Assembly: GCA_963761255.1 (NCBI GenBank)
Contig: CAVXGH010000001.1
Span: forward strand, 345,675-409,674
Origin: an uncultured delta proteobacterium
Lineage (GTDB): Bacteria; Desulfobacterota; Binatia; Binatales; Binataceae
DNA length: 64,000 nt
Direction of reading: 5' to 3'
The position numbers were made by a program, and so were the translations under genes. The notes beneath the pieces were generated by a model. The model saw only the letters and a program-made list of their open reading frames with translations, had not been told where the DNA came from and did no database searches. This document shows, piece after piece, positions 38,941 to 48,659 of this stretch (the first letter of the stretch is position 1; the number at the start of each line of letters is the position of its first letter).

Positions 38941-40470
38941 GTGGGCAATTTCGACATCGAGGCGGCGCGTACTTATCACGAGATCACCAAGCATTCGTAC
39001 ACCAGTGTGCGCGCCGGAGCCTATGCGCTCGATTGGGACAATCGCCCGGGGCCGTACAAGATTTACCCCGAGGCGGGCACCATGGCGCTGCCGCGCGATA
39101 TCGAGCTGCCCACGATGCCGGCGCTCGAGGCGATCGCATCGCCGGCCAATGGCTCCAATGCTCTCGACCTCGCGACGTTGACGCGCATCCTCTTCTGCGC
39201 CAACGGGTTGACGCGGCAACGCAAGGTCGGCGGCGAGGATTATCATTTCCGTGCGGCGGCCTCGGCGGGCGCGCTCTATCCGATCGAAACCTACATTGCG
39301 GCGGCGAATATCGACGGAATGGAGACCGGGCTCTATCACTTTTCGCCCGCCGATCTCAAAGTGCAGGGTCTGCGTCGAGGCGATTGGCGCGAGATCATCG
39401 CCAATGCGACCGCCAATGCGACCGCCAATGCGACCGCTAACCATCCTTCGATTGCGAATGCGCGCGCAATTCTCATCATGAGCGCGGTGTTCTGGCGGAG
39501 CGCCTGGAAGTATCACGCGCGCGCGTATCGCTATTGCTTTTGGGATGCGGGAACCATCCTCGCGAATCTGCTCGCGGCCGCGGCGGCGGAAGGCATCGGC
39601 GCCGAGGTCGTCACGGCCTTCGTCGATAAGGACCTCGAGACGTTGATTGGAATCGACGGCGAGAGCGAGGGCGTCATGTGTCTTGTCGCGCTCGGCTCGA
39701 ACGGCGAAGCGATGACGAAATCGCCGGAGCTGACGCCGCTGGGAATGGAATCGATCCAGCTATCGGAGGAGGTCGTTTACCAGCCGCTGGTCAAGATGCA
39801 TCGGGAATCGCGGCTCGCTTCTTTGCAGGAAGTTGCCAAGGTTTCGAACGCTAAGGTTGCGATGCCGTCTGCCACCAGCGGTGAGCAAGTCCACTTTGAG
39901 ACCATCGATCCCGCGGATGCGCGCGGTTTGGGCGACACCATCCTGCGGCGCGGATCGAGCCGTGCCTTCGCGCTCGAAGCGATCGGCTCCGATGACCTGG
40001 CGACGATTCTTTCGACCTCGAGTGGACATTATAACGTCGATTTTCCGCGCTTGACGGATACCTATCTCTTCGTGAACGCGGTGCATGACCTGGAGTGCGG
40101 CGCCTACTACTTCAACCGCGAGAACCAGGCCTTCGAGTTGCTCAAAGCAGGCGACTTCCGCGCCTCGGCGGGCTACCTATGCCTGGAGCAGCAGCTTGGG
40201 TACGAATGCTCGGCGCTGATTGTTTACATGGCCAACCTGGATAATGCGCTGGAGGTGCTGGGAAATCGCGGCTATCGCGATGCTCACCTCGAGGCTGGCA
40301 TGCTGGCGGGTCGCGCCTATCTCGCGAGCTATGCGCTGGATCGGGGCGCCACCGGGCTAACCTTCTACGATGACGACAGCACGAAGTTTTTCTCTCCGCA
40401 CGCTGCGGGAAAGAGCCCGCTCCTGATGGTAGCTATCGGGGTTCCGCGTTCCAGTTCGAAATCCGACTAG
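38941..40470 (+). CDS. Two-domain nitroreductase-fold protein, SagB/ThcOx-type dehydrogenase family
   Basis: N-terminal SagB-type domain (YHEITKHSY...PGPYKIYPEAG...RAAASAGALYPIETYI...YRYCFWDAGT); second nitroreductase-like domain at the C-terminus; internal (ANAT)x3.5 repeat. Confidence 0.65.
   Translation: MGNFDIEAARTYHEITKHSYTSVRAGAYALDWDNRPGPYKIYPEAGTMALPRDIELPTMPALEAIASPANGSNALDLATLTRILFCANGLTRQRKVGGEDYHFRAAASAGALYPIETYIAAANIDGMETGLYHFSPADLKVQGLRRGDWREIIANATANATANATANHPSIANARAILIMSAVFWRSAWKYHARAYRYCFWDAGTILANLLAAAAAEGIGAEVVTAFVDKDLETLIGIDGESEGVMCLVALGSNGEAMTKSPELTPLGMESIQLSEEVVYQPLVKMHRESRLASLQEVAKVSNAKVAMPSATSGEQVHFETIDPADARGLGDTILRRGSSRAFALEAIGSDDLATILSTSSGHYNVDFPRLTDTYLFVNAVHDLECGAYYFNRENQAFELLKAGDFRASAGYLCLEQQLGYECSALIVYMANLDNALEVLGNRGYRDAHLEAGMLAGRAYLASYALDRGATGLTFYDDDSTKFFSPHAAGKSPLLMVAIGVPRSSSKSD
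39400..39441 (+). repeat. 12-nt in-frame tandem repeat (gccaatgcgacc x3.5) inside the SagB-like gene, encoding ANATANATANATAN
   Basis: Direct read of the sequence. Confidence 0.9.
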
Positions 40471-40631
40471 AGCCATGCTGATTATCTAATCAGCCTCTCC
40501 ACCTTTCTTCCGAACTGGATATCGTCCGGTCGGCCTAGACTTGATGCTCGACAAATGGGCGGGTGCTCAGGCGTTGCGCATTGCATAATGTTTCATTCAT
40601 TCAAAACGCAACGCAATTTGTTGCATTTTGG

Positions 40632-40647
40632 TGGCATTCTTCTTGCG
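40632..40647 (+). promoter_or_regulatory. Sigma-54 (RpoN) -24/-12 promoter TGGCAT-N5-TTGCG about 75 nt upstream of the APC permease
   Basis: The GG-N10-GC spacing and flanks match TGGCAC-N5-TTGCW; an upstream inverted repeat GCGTTGCG-N29-CGCAACGC (40570-40614) is a possible enhancer site. Confidence 0.6.
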
Positions 40648-40721
40648 CTAAGGCTCTCGACCAAGCTGTCCCCGGGTGGGAAGTTCTCGTCCCGAAAAAA
40701 ACTGACGGCTAAGGAGGAGAG

Positions 40722-42392
40722 ATGGCTGAGCAAGAAGCGCCAAAGATGAAAGCGACGCTCGGGCTCACGGGAGTGACCGTGAACGCGATGGCGTTGATCG
40801 CGCCAGGAGCCTTTCTTTGGATCACGTTCTTCACACAGGCGAACCAGGCGTATCCATCCGCCATTGCGATGTGGGCGGGCATTTTCCTCGCCTTGTGCCT
40901 CGCATACGCGACCGCGATTTCGTATTCGGAACTCGCGAAACTGTATCCCGGCGCGGGGAGCTCGTATTTGTTCGCCGAGCAGGCATTCCTGAACACGACG
41001 ACCGCGTACAGGTTTGCGCGTATCGCCAAGTTTGTAATCGGATGGTCGTCGCATCTTTATTACTGGGTCTATCCCGGAGTCATGGTCGCCACCATGGGCG
41101 TCATGATCGGGTATATCGTCGGAACCCTGGCGCCGGGCGTGATGAACGCAGGGGTGCCGGGCCCGGTCTTCATGGCATTGATCGCGATCATCTTCTCATA
41201 CGTGGTTGCCTACATTGCCTTCCGCGGAGTGAACGGCTCGACCGGAGTCAACGTCGCGATCAACGGCATCCAGATCGTCGCGCTGCTGTTCTTCTCGGCG
41301 CTGGCGATCGCTTATCGTATTTCGCATCCTGAGGGTTCGGCCGGTCTCGCACTCGACCCCAATGGCAACACGATTCCTGCGACCATCCACTATGCCTTGA
41401 CGGGAGATCATCCTGCCCATGCCAGCGCGCTCTCGGTCATCCTGCCGCACGGCTTGAGCAACACCATCATGCAGGCGACGGTCGCAATCCTGCTGCTGGT
41501 CGGATTCGAGTCCGTCACCGCGATGGGTGAGGAAGCGATCAACCCCAAGAAGGACATTCCTCGCGGCGTCCTGCTGTCGCTCACCATCCAGGGATTGTTC
41601 TGCTACCTGATCGAATACTTCGCGGCGAACTACTTCCTGAGCAGTGCGTACAGCCTTGCGGAAGCGAAGGGCTCGGCGGCGCCAATCGGCGACATGATGG
41701 TCATCCTTGGCAATGCGCTGCTGGGTGGGCATGGCCAGGCCTTCATGTTGTTGGAAGCGTTCACGGTGTTCCTCGCTCTCATCGGAACCACTCTGAGTTG
41801 CATCAACACCGGCGCCCGCGTGACCTACGCGATGGGCCGTGACGAGGAAGTGCCGGAGCATTTCGGCATGCTGCACGGCGACAACCTGACGCCGCATCGC
41901 GCAATCTGGGTGTTGGCGACGATCTCCGCGCTGATCGGCGCATACGGTGCGCTGTACTACTTCGGTGGCGGCTCGGCGCCCGATGACAAGACCATTGCGA
42001 CCTTGCCGCACAGCATCTGGTATAGCGTCGGTATCGGCAGCAATGCTTACCTCGCGTCGCTACCCAATGGACTATTGCTGGTGACGTTGCTCTCGAACTT
42101 CGGCACCTTCCTGCTCTATGGGCTCACCAACATCGTCTGCATCATCGCGTTCAAGGAGCACCACGACTTTTCTGGCTTCAAACATATGATCGTGCCAGTG
42201 TTTGGGGCGCTCGCGAACTTCGCCTGCCTCGCCTTCTACATCATCGGACCACTGGAGGGGATCGGCAGCCCGAAAGAGCCGCTGATCGCAGTCGGATTGT
42301 CGATAATCTTCGGTGCGTACGGAGCGTTCTACTTCGTGCGGAACTCGAAGAAGAAAGGCAAGAGCACGCTGATGGTCGCGAAGCCTGCGTAA
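40722..42392 (+). CDS. APC-superfamily amino acid permease
   Basis: 12-14 TM permease with APC family motifs; RBS aaggaggag. Confidence 0.8.
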   Translation: MAEQEAPKMKATLGLTGVTVNAMALIAPGAFLWITFFTQANQAYPSAIAMWAGIFLALCLAYATAISYSELAKLYPGAGSSYLFAEQAFLNTTTAYRFARIAKFVIGWSSHLYYWVYPGVMVATMGVMIGYIVGTLAPGVMNAGVPGPVFMALIAIIFSYVVAYIAFRGVNGSTGVNVAINGIQIVALLFFSALAIAYRISHPEGSAGLALDPNGNTIPATIHYALTGDHPAHASALSVILPHGLSNTIMQATVAILLLVGFESVTAMGEEAINPKKDIPRGVLLSLTIQGLFCYLIEYFAANYFLSSAYSLAEAKGSAAPIGDMMVILGNALLGGHGQAFMLLEAFTVFLALIGTTLSCINTGARVTYAMGRDEEVPEHFGMLHGDNLTPHRAIWVLATISALIGAYGALYYFGGGSAPDDKTIATLPHSIWYSVGIGSNAYLASLPNGLLLVTLLSNFGTFLLYGLTNIVCIIAFKEHHDFSGFKHMIVPVFGALANFACLAFYIIGPLEGIGSPKEPLIAVGLSIIFGAYGAFYFVRNSKKKGKSTLMVAKPA

Positions 42393-42473
42393 GTCGGTCA
42401 ATCAACTCGGTTAATCCGGGGGCGAGCCGCACACGCGGTATCGCCCCCGAGACATTTCCACGGATAGGGCAGG

Positions 42474-43322
42474 TTGGGAGCTTTGGCCAAAGCGGATACT
42501 GAACCGGATGTCGCGGGCGAACCGATTCCCGCGACGTTTGAGTTGGCGATGCTGTCAGACATTGGAACCAATCGTTCCAACAACGAGGATTTCTGCGCGC
42601 AGCTGGTCGAAGCGCCGGATGCCGTCGTGTTCGCGGTCGCGGACGGTGTCGGCGGTTACGAGGGCGGCGAGGTCGCGAGCAAGATGGCGGTCGAAACCCT
42701 GCTCGACGCCTACCGCAACAGTCCCCGCGAATGGGGCGCGAGCAAGCGCCTCCATCGCGCGGTCCAGACTGCCAACATCGAGGTCTACAACTTCGCCTCG
42801 ACGGTTCCCGAATTGCGCCGGATGGCCACCACGCTGACGGCGGTTGCGATCGAAAACGGCACCCTCAATGCCGCCCACATCGGGGATTGCCGGCTCTATC
42901 TGCTTCGCGCGGGCAAGATCACGCAGATGAGCAAGGACCATACGATGGTGGGCGAGCGGGTGCGAATGGGTTTGATGAGCGAGGAACGCGCGCGCAATCA
43001 CCCCGAACGTTCCGCGCTGTTGCGTAGCCTCGGCCGTGAGCTGATCGTCTCGGTCGATCGCATCACGATGCCGCTGCGCCGGCATGACGAGCTGATTCTG
43101 TGCAGCGACGGCCTCTACAACGTGTTCGAGCCGGTCGAGCTCATCTCGTTGACGCGCGAGTTCTCGGCGCCCGACGCGTGCGAAAAACTGATCCGCAACG
43201 CCAACAGCCGTGGGACCGGCGACAACCTGACGGTGGCATTTTTCAAGCAACTCGGCGAAACGCCCGAAGTTGCCGCGCCCTCGGGAATCCTAGGCAGGCT
43301 CAAAAACCTCTTCTCGCGATGA
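42474..43322 (+). CDS. PP2C-family Ser/Thr protein phosphatase (Stp-like); an alternative start is at ~42549
   Basis: SDIGTNRSNNED, FAVADGVGGYEGGEVAS, CSDGL motifs. Confidence 0.88.
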   Translation: MGALAKADTEPDVAGEPIPATFELAMLSDIGTNRSNNEDFCAQLVEAPDAVVFAVADGVGGYEGGEVASKMAVETLLDAYRNSPREWGASKRLHRAVQTANIEVYNFASTVPELRRMATTLTAVAIENGTLNAAHIGDCRLYLLRAGKITQMSKDHTMVGERVRMGLMSEERARNHPERSALLRSLGRELIVSVDRITMPLRRHDELILCSDGLYNVFEPVELISLTREFSAPDACEKLIRNANSRGTGDNLTVAFFKQLGETPEVAAPSGILGRLKNLFSR

Positions 43323-43406
43323 GGCCGGCAAGTCACCCCTGATTGATCCGGTCTTCGCGCGGATGTTAAGGTCCGCGCCCATGCGCTCGGGAGCGGCGCC
43401 TATCTC

Positions 43407-44426
43407 ATGCGCGAGGTCAGTGTTGGTGAGAAACTCGATCAGTACCAATTGACCGAAGTGATCGCGCGCAGCGGGATGGCCTCGATCTTCAAGGCGATCG
43501 ACACGCGCACCAACCAGACCGTCGCGATCAAGGTTCCCTACGTCCAGTTCGAGAGCGATGTGGTCTTCTACTCGCGATTCCAGCGCGAGGAGGAGGTCGG
43601 CCGCCGCCTCAATAACCCGCATATCGTCAAGGTTCTAACGCCGGAAAAGAAAAGCCGGATGTACATCGCGATGGAGTACGTCGACGGCATTTCGCTGCGC
43701 GCGCTGATGCGCGATTTTCGCCCGATGCCGCTCGACCGCGCGCTCAACTATTCGTCGCAACTTTGCGAGGCGCTGGTCTACATGCATAGCGAGAAAGTAG
43801 TGCATCGCGACCTGAAGCCGGAGAACGTGCTGGTGACCGGGGACGGCACTTTGAAAATCATGGACTTCGGCATCGCGCTCGATGAATCCGCGCGCCGCCT
43901 CACCTGGTCCGGCCTGTCCTCGACCATCGGCACCCCGGATTACATGGCGCCGGAGCAGGTCAGCGGACGGCGCGGCGACGTGCGCACCGACATCTACGCA
44001 ATGGGCACAATTCTCTACGAAATGTTGACCGGTGAATTGCCGTACGCCGGCAGCAGCAACGTCTACGCAATGATGAAGGCTAAGACCACCGAGGACCCGC
44101 AGCCCCCGACCCGCTTTCGCGCCGACCTCGATCCGCATCTCGAGGAAATCATCTTGCACGCGATCGAACGCGCCCCGCGCGATCGCTATCAAACCGCAGC
44201 CGAGATGCTGAAGGACTTGCAGGATCCGTCGCAGGTGCAAATCCACAATCGCGCCCAGGCGCTGCATCCGACCAGCCTCAGGAAGCGGCAGATTCGGCGC
44301 GCGGTCGGGGTCGGGGCTTTCTTCGTCTCGCTGATCGCGGCGTTCGCGTTTTTGATTTGGCTCGCTAACCGGTATCCCGCACCGGCTGGAAAGCCGCACC
44401 ATTCATATCGAGGTGAGGTGAAATGA
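43407..44426 (+). CDS. Hanks-type Ser/Thr protein kinase with C-terminal TM helix
   Basis: HRDLKPENVLV, DFGIA, GTPDYMAPE; a C-terminal hydrophobic segment. Confidence 0.9.
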   Translation: MREVSVGEKLDQYQLTEVIARSGMASIFKAIDTRTNQTVAIKVPYVQFESDVVFYSRFQREEEVGRRLNNPHIVKVLTPEKKSRMYIAMEYVDGISLRALMRDFRPMPLDRALNYSSQLCEALVYMHSEKVVHRDLKPENVLVTGDGTLKIMDFGIALDESARRLTWSGLSSTIGTPDYMAPEQVSGRRGDVRTDIYAMGTILYEMLTGELPYAGSSNVYAMMKAKTTEDPQPPTRFRADLDPHLEEIILHAIERAPRDRYQTAAEMLKDLQDPSQVQIHNRAQALHPTSLRKRQIRRAVGVGAFFVSLIAAFAFLIWLANRYPAPAGKPHHSYRGEVK

Positions 44427-45859
44427 TGCGCTATCGCAGAGTGTTGTCCGTGACCATCGCCGCGGCTGCGATGGCAATCGCCATGCTCCCCTCGATAAGC
44501 CACGCGCAGAATGCCGGCGCGCCGTTCCCCCTCGATCAATCGCTCAACCTCGCCTGGGTGCTGGTGGCGGGCTTCCTCGTGATGTTCATGCAGGTCGGCT
44601 TCGCGATGCTGGAGACCGGCTTCACGCGGGCCAAAAACGCCGTCAACACGATGGCGATGAACATGATCATCTATCCGATCGGCATCCTGGGGTTCTGGTT
44701 TACCGGCTATGGCCTGATGATGGGCGGCGTCGGTCATTGGACCTCGCTCGGCGCGGTCGCGCTCGCTCACTACGAACTCTCAGTCACCATCGGTGGACAT
44801 GCGTACGGATTGCTGGGCGCGAGCAAGTTCGCGCTCCTGAATGTGAGTCATGATCCTTCGAGTCTCGCGATGTTTCTGTTCGCGGTGGTCTTCATGGATA
44901 CCGCCGCGACCATCCCGACCGGCGCGATGGCCGAGCGCTGGAAATTTTCCGCCTTCGCCATCTACGGCTTCTTTATGTCGATGTTCCTCTACCCTTTGTA
45001 TGGCAACTGGGTGTGGGGCGGCGGCTGGCTTTCGCAGCTCGGCGCAAACCTCGGACTCGGACATGGGCACGTCGATTTCGCGGGATCATCGGTGGTGCAT
45101 ATGACTGGCGGTATAACCGCGCTTGCGGGCGCGATCGTGCTCGGCCCGCGCATCGGAAAATTTCGCCGCGACGGACACATGGCCGCGATCCCGGGCCATA
45201 ACATTCCGATGGCGATGATCGGAACCTTGATCCTCGCGTTCGGATGGTTCGGCTTCAACGCGGGATCGACGCTGGCGGCCTCGGACCCGCGCATCGGACT
45301 GATCGCGGCGAACACCATGATCGCATCGGCAGCCGGAGCGCTAGCTGCACTGTTCTATCTATGGCTGCGATTCCATAAACCCGACGTCTCGATGGCGTGC
45401 AACGGATTGCTCGGCGGACTGGTCGCGATCACCGCGCCTTGCGCGTTCGTGACGCCCCTGGCGGCGTTGCTGATCGGCCTCATCGCCGGCTTGCTGGTGG
45501 TAGCCCTCGTGCTGACGCTCGAGCGCCACTTCCGCATCGATGATCCGGTCGGCGCGATTGCGGTGCACGGAGGATGCGGCATCTGGGGCGCGCTCGCGCT
45601 GGGAATCTTCGCGGACGGAAGTTACGGCGACGGATGGAACGCGGTCGCGGGACCGGTGCGCGGCATTTTGTACGGAGATGCCGGACAATTCGTGGCGCAA
45701 TTGATCGGCGTCACCGTCAACATCGTAGTGGTGTTCGGACTGGCGTTCGCATTCTTCATGATCATCGAGCGCACCATCGGCAATCGCGTCATCCCGGAGG
45801 TCGAATGGAGCGGGCTCGACGCGCTCGAAATGGGCACCGACGCGTACACCAACGTGTAG
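44423..45859 (+). CDS. amt: Ammonium transporter (Amt/MEP)
   Basis: Signal peptide plus Amt signature (LVMFMQVGFAMLETGFTRAKNAVN...); its start overlaps the kinase stop (ATGA). Confidence 0.92.
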   Translation: MMRYRRVLSVTIAAAAMAIAMLPSISHAQNAGAPFPLDQSLNLAWVLVAGFLVMFMQVGFAMLETGFTRAKNAVNTMAMNMIIYPIGILGFWFTGYGLMMGGVGHWTSLGAVALAHYELSVTIGGHAYGLLGASKFALLNVSHDPSSLAMFLFAVVFMDTAATIPTGAMAERWKFSAFAIYGFFMSMFLYPLYGNWVWGGGWLSQLGANLGLGHGHVDFAGSSVVHMTGGITALAGAIVLGPRIGKFRRDGHMAAIPGHNIPMAMIGTLILAFGWFGFNAGSTLAASDPRIGLIAANTMIASAAGALAALFYLWLRFHKPDVSMACNGLLGGLVAITAPCAFVTPLAALLIGLIAGLLVVALVLTLERHFRIDDPVGAIAVHGGCGIWGALALGIFADGSYGDGWNAVAGPVRGILYGDAGQFVAQLIGVTVNIVVVFGLAFAFFMIIERTIGNRVIPEVEWSGLDALEMGTDAYTNV

Positions 45860-45934
45860 CGATGCGGCCGCACATCCGGTCCGCTAAAATAGCTGGTTCG
45901 TCTCAACTTCAACCTGCTCAGACGGAGGTCTGCC

Positions 45935-46633
45935 ATGAATCTCAAGAGACGGAAGTTCATCGGTCGCGCGTGCAAGACCGCGTTGACCGTAGTTGGCGGC
46001 TATGTCGTCGCCATCAACACCGCGCAGGCGGCGGAGCAAGAAGAGGGTGAGGGCGACGTCGGCCCCATCGAGGATCTCATGCGGGAGCATGGCGTGCTCC
46101 GTCGCGTGCTGCTGATTTATGAGGAGGGTCTGCGCCGCATCGCCGCGCATCAGGACATTCCCGGCAATCCCTTCCTGACCGGCGCGCAGCTCATCCGCAA
46201 ATTCATCGAGGACTATCACGAGAAGAACGAGGAGAAGTTCATCTTCCCGAAGCTGCAAAAGAATCTCGGCGAGGCCGGCCGCGACGTTCCGATTTTGCTC
46301 GAACAGCATCAGGCGGGACGGAAACTCACTGACATCATAATTCGAGTTTCGACCTCGAATGCGAAAGACACCCGGCTGGTCGATCCGGTTACGCAATTCA
46401 TTCGGATGTATCGGCCGCACGCCGCGCGCGAGGATACCATCGTGTTTCCCGCGTTCCATCAGGCGGTCAGCGCGAAGGAGTTCGACGACGTAGGCGAGCA
46501 GATGGAAAAGCAGGAGCAGAAGCTTTTCGGCGAAGGCGGCTTCGCGAAGATCGTCGAAGCGGTGGCCGAGGAAGAACGCGCGCTCGATATTTACGAACTC
46601 GACAAGTTCACTCCCCGAGTCGAGGCTAATTGA
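45935..46633 (+). CDS. Hemerythrin-HHE domain protein with twin-arginine (Tat) signal
   Basis: KRRKFIGRACKTALTVVGG...AQA Tat signal; HHE cation-binding patterns (HxxxE...H...E). Confidence 0.6.
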   Translation: MNLKRRKFIGRACKTALTVVGGYVVAINTAQAAEQEEGEGDVGPIEDLMREHGVLRRVLLIYEEGLRRIAAHQDIPGNPFLTGAQLIRKFIEDYHEKNEEKFIFPKLQKNLGEAGRDVPILLEQHQAGRKLTDIIIRVSTSNAKDTRLVDPVTQFIRMYRPHAAREDTIVFPAFHQAVSAKEFDDVGEQMEKQEQKLFGEGGFAKIVEAVAEEERALDIYELDKFTPRVEAN

Positions 46634-47706
46634 AGCCGCGGGCAAAACGCATCGCAAAAGTCATCGCCATCCTGGTCGTTATCGTTATGCTCCGCGGTTC
46701 GGCACTGGCAGCCGACCAATGCTCCCCGTTTGGCGATCCTCCCGCGCAAATTAATCATGGAGTTATCGCGACCTCGTTCGCGGCGCACAATCCGATTTGC
46801 TTCGGTGGCCGCGTCCTCGGCCCATGGAAGGATTCCGACGGCAGCGATCGCTATGCATGCATCTATGAACCGGAGGGCCACAGCCGTGACAATCCGCTTC
46901 CGCTCTTAGTGTTTATTCACGGCTCGATCGCGACGGCGGATTCGGTCAAGCTGACCGGCCTTGTCGGCGAAATCGGCAAGGCTGACCTCGGCGGGAAGAA
47001 GCCGGGTTTCATCCTGCTCGCGCCGGAGGGGCGCTACACCGCGCACTACTATCCCGGCCTCGATTCCGATGCGATGGGATGGGACAACTGGTACCGCAAG
47101 CTCAGTCCCGCCGGCGATGTGACCGTCGGTGGAACGACCTACAAGGAAAACGTCAACGCAGCGACCATCGATCATTTCATCCAGGCTGAGACTGCGAGTG
47201 GCGAAGTGGATCCTTCGCGCATTTATCTGACTGGATGGTCCAACGGCGCCGCGATGGCGCTGCTGTATGCGCTCAATCGTCAGTCGATTGCGGCGGCCGC
47301 GGTCTATTCCGCGCCCGATCCGTTTGGCGCCTTCAACGATCCCTGTCCGCAGACGCCGGTGCCGCGCGCGCCGACCTCGAATGCGCAACTGCAAATTTTC
47401 AATCCGCATATCCCGCTCATGCATGTGCGCAACAGTTGCGACATCGGCGGCATCTGCCCTAATGGCGATACTTTCGCGTCCCAGATGCGCTCGCTCGGAG
47501 TCAACCTCGACGACGTGATTCTCGATCCCGAGGGCAAGCCGGTCAGCGCATGCGATCCATCATGCGGGAGCAGTCCGATGGCGACCGGCGACGTAAGCAC
47601 CGGCGGGACCTTGCGCGGCATCCTGCATCACGTGCAATGGCCGGTGGCCTCGAATGCGCGGATGTTTGCTTTCATGAAGCAGCATCCCCTCGGGCTGGGG
47701 AAATAG
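46630..47706 (+). CDS. Secreted alpha/beta-hydrolase (esterase/PHB-depolymerase-like)
   Basis: Signal peptide; GWSNG (GxSxG) nucleophile elbow; LVFIHGS. Confidence 0.65.
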   Translation: MKPRAKRIAKVIAILVVIVMLRGSALAADQCSPFGDPPAQINHGVIATSFAAHNPICFGGRVLGPWKDSDGSDRYACIYEPEGHSRDNPLPLLVFIHGSIATADSVKLTGLVGEIGKADLGGKKPGFILLAPEGRYTAHYYPGLDSDAMGWDNWYRKLSPAGDVTVGGTTYKENVNAATIDHFIQAETASGEVDPSRIYLTGWSNGAAMALLYALNRQSIAAAAVYSAPDPFGAFNDPCPQTPVPRAPTSNAQLQIFNPHIPLMHVRNSCDIGGICPNGDTFASQMRSLGVNLDDVILDPEGKPVSACDPSCGSSPMATGDVSTGGTLRGILHHVQWPVASNARMFAFMKQHPLGLGK

Positions 47707-47821
47707 TGTGGCGTTTCGCCTCACCTGGCTTGCTTGACGGAACTTTTCACTCTCTGAGAAGCTGCAAAGTACCGAATCGAATCTATACCGGGTCGTCACG
47801 ACTCGCGCGGGAGCAAACGCC

Positions 47822-48628
47822 ATGGCCTATAGCGAAATTCTCTTCGAGAAGCAGAACGCAATCGCGACCATCACCATCAATCGTCCGCAGGCGATGAACG
47901 CGGGAACTATCAGGACTTGGGGCGAGATTGCCGATGCGTTTCATGATGCCGAGCGCGACAACGACGTCCGCGTCGTGGTCCTGACCGGCGCGGGCCGCGC
48001 GTTTTGCGCCGGCGATGACGTGAAAGAGATTTTCCTCAATCCCGAATTTCGCGACGCGAAGCCCAACGCCTCGAAAGAAGTCGAGGAGTGGCGCTCGCAT
48101 GCACCCGTCGCGCTGGATTTTCTCATCGAGTATCCCAAGCCGACCATCGCGTCGGTCAACGGCGCCGCGGTTGGTTACGGATGCGACATCGCGTTGATGT
48201 GCGACATGCGCGTGTGTTCTGACCAGGCGCGCTTCGGCGAGGTATTCATCCGGCGCGGATTGATTCCCGAGGCGGGCGGTCTGCTGGTGCTGCCGCGGCT
48301 GGTCGGTTTGGCGCGCGCGTATGAGCTGATCCTCACCGGTGATATCATCGATGCCAAGGAGGCCGAGCGCATCGGCATGGTCAATCGCGTGGTGCCGCAT
48401 GCGCAACTTGGCGAAGCGACGATGGCGCTCGCCACCAAGCTGGCGCAGCAGGCGCCGCTCGCCCAGCGCCTCGCGAAGGAAGCGCTGCGGGTCGGATTGA
48501 ATCTCAACTTGCCATACTTTTACGGCTATCAACGCCACGGGCAGCATCTGATGTTCGGGACCAAGGACCACATCGAGGGCGCGAAATCATTCGTCGAAAA
48601 GCGTCCGGCGAATTTCAAGGGCGAATAA
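47822..48628 (+). CDS. Enoyl-CoA hydratase/isomerase (crotonase) family protein
   Basis: ITINRPQAMNA...VVVLTGAGRAFCAGDD...; ~268 aa. Confidence 0.85.
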   Translation: MAYSEILFEKQNAIATITINRPQAMNAGTIRTWGEIADAFHDAERDNDVRVVVLTGAGRAFCAGDDVKEIFLNPEFRDAKPNASKEVEEWRSHAPVALDFLIEYPKPTIASVNGAAVGYGCDIALMCDMRVCSDQARFGEVFIRRGLIPEAGGLLVLPRLVGLARAYELILTGDIIDAKEAERIGMVNRVVPHAQLGEATMALATKLAQQAPLAQRLAKEALRVGLNLNLPYFYGYQRHGQHLMFGTKDHIEGAKSFVEKRPANFKGE

Positions 48629-48659
48629 AGATCTCAAAGCCGCGCTTACATAGGACGAA

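Noticed and set aside
40555-40749. 64-aa ORF upstream of the APC permease
   Set aside because: It lies across the sigma-54 promoter and permease RBS and has no homology, so it is most likely non-coding leader.
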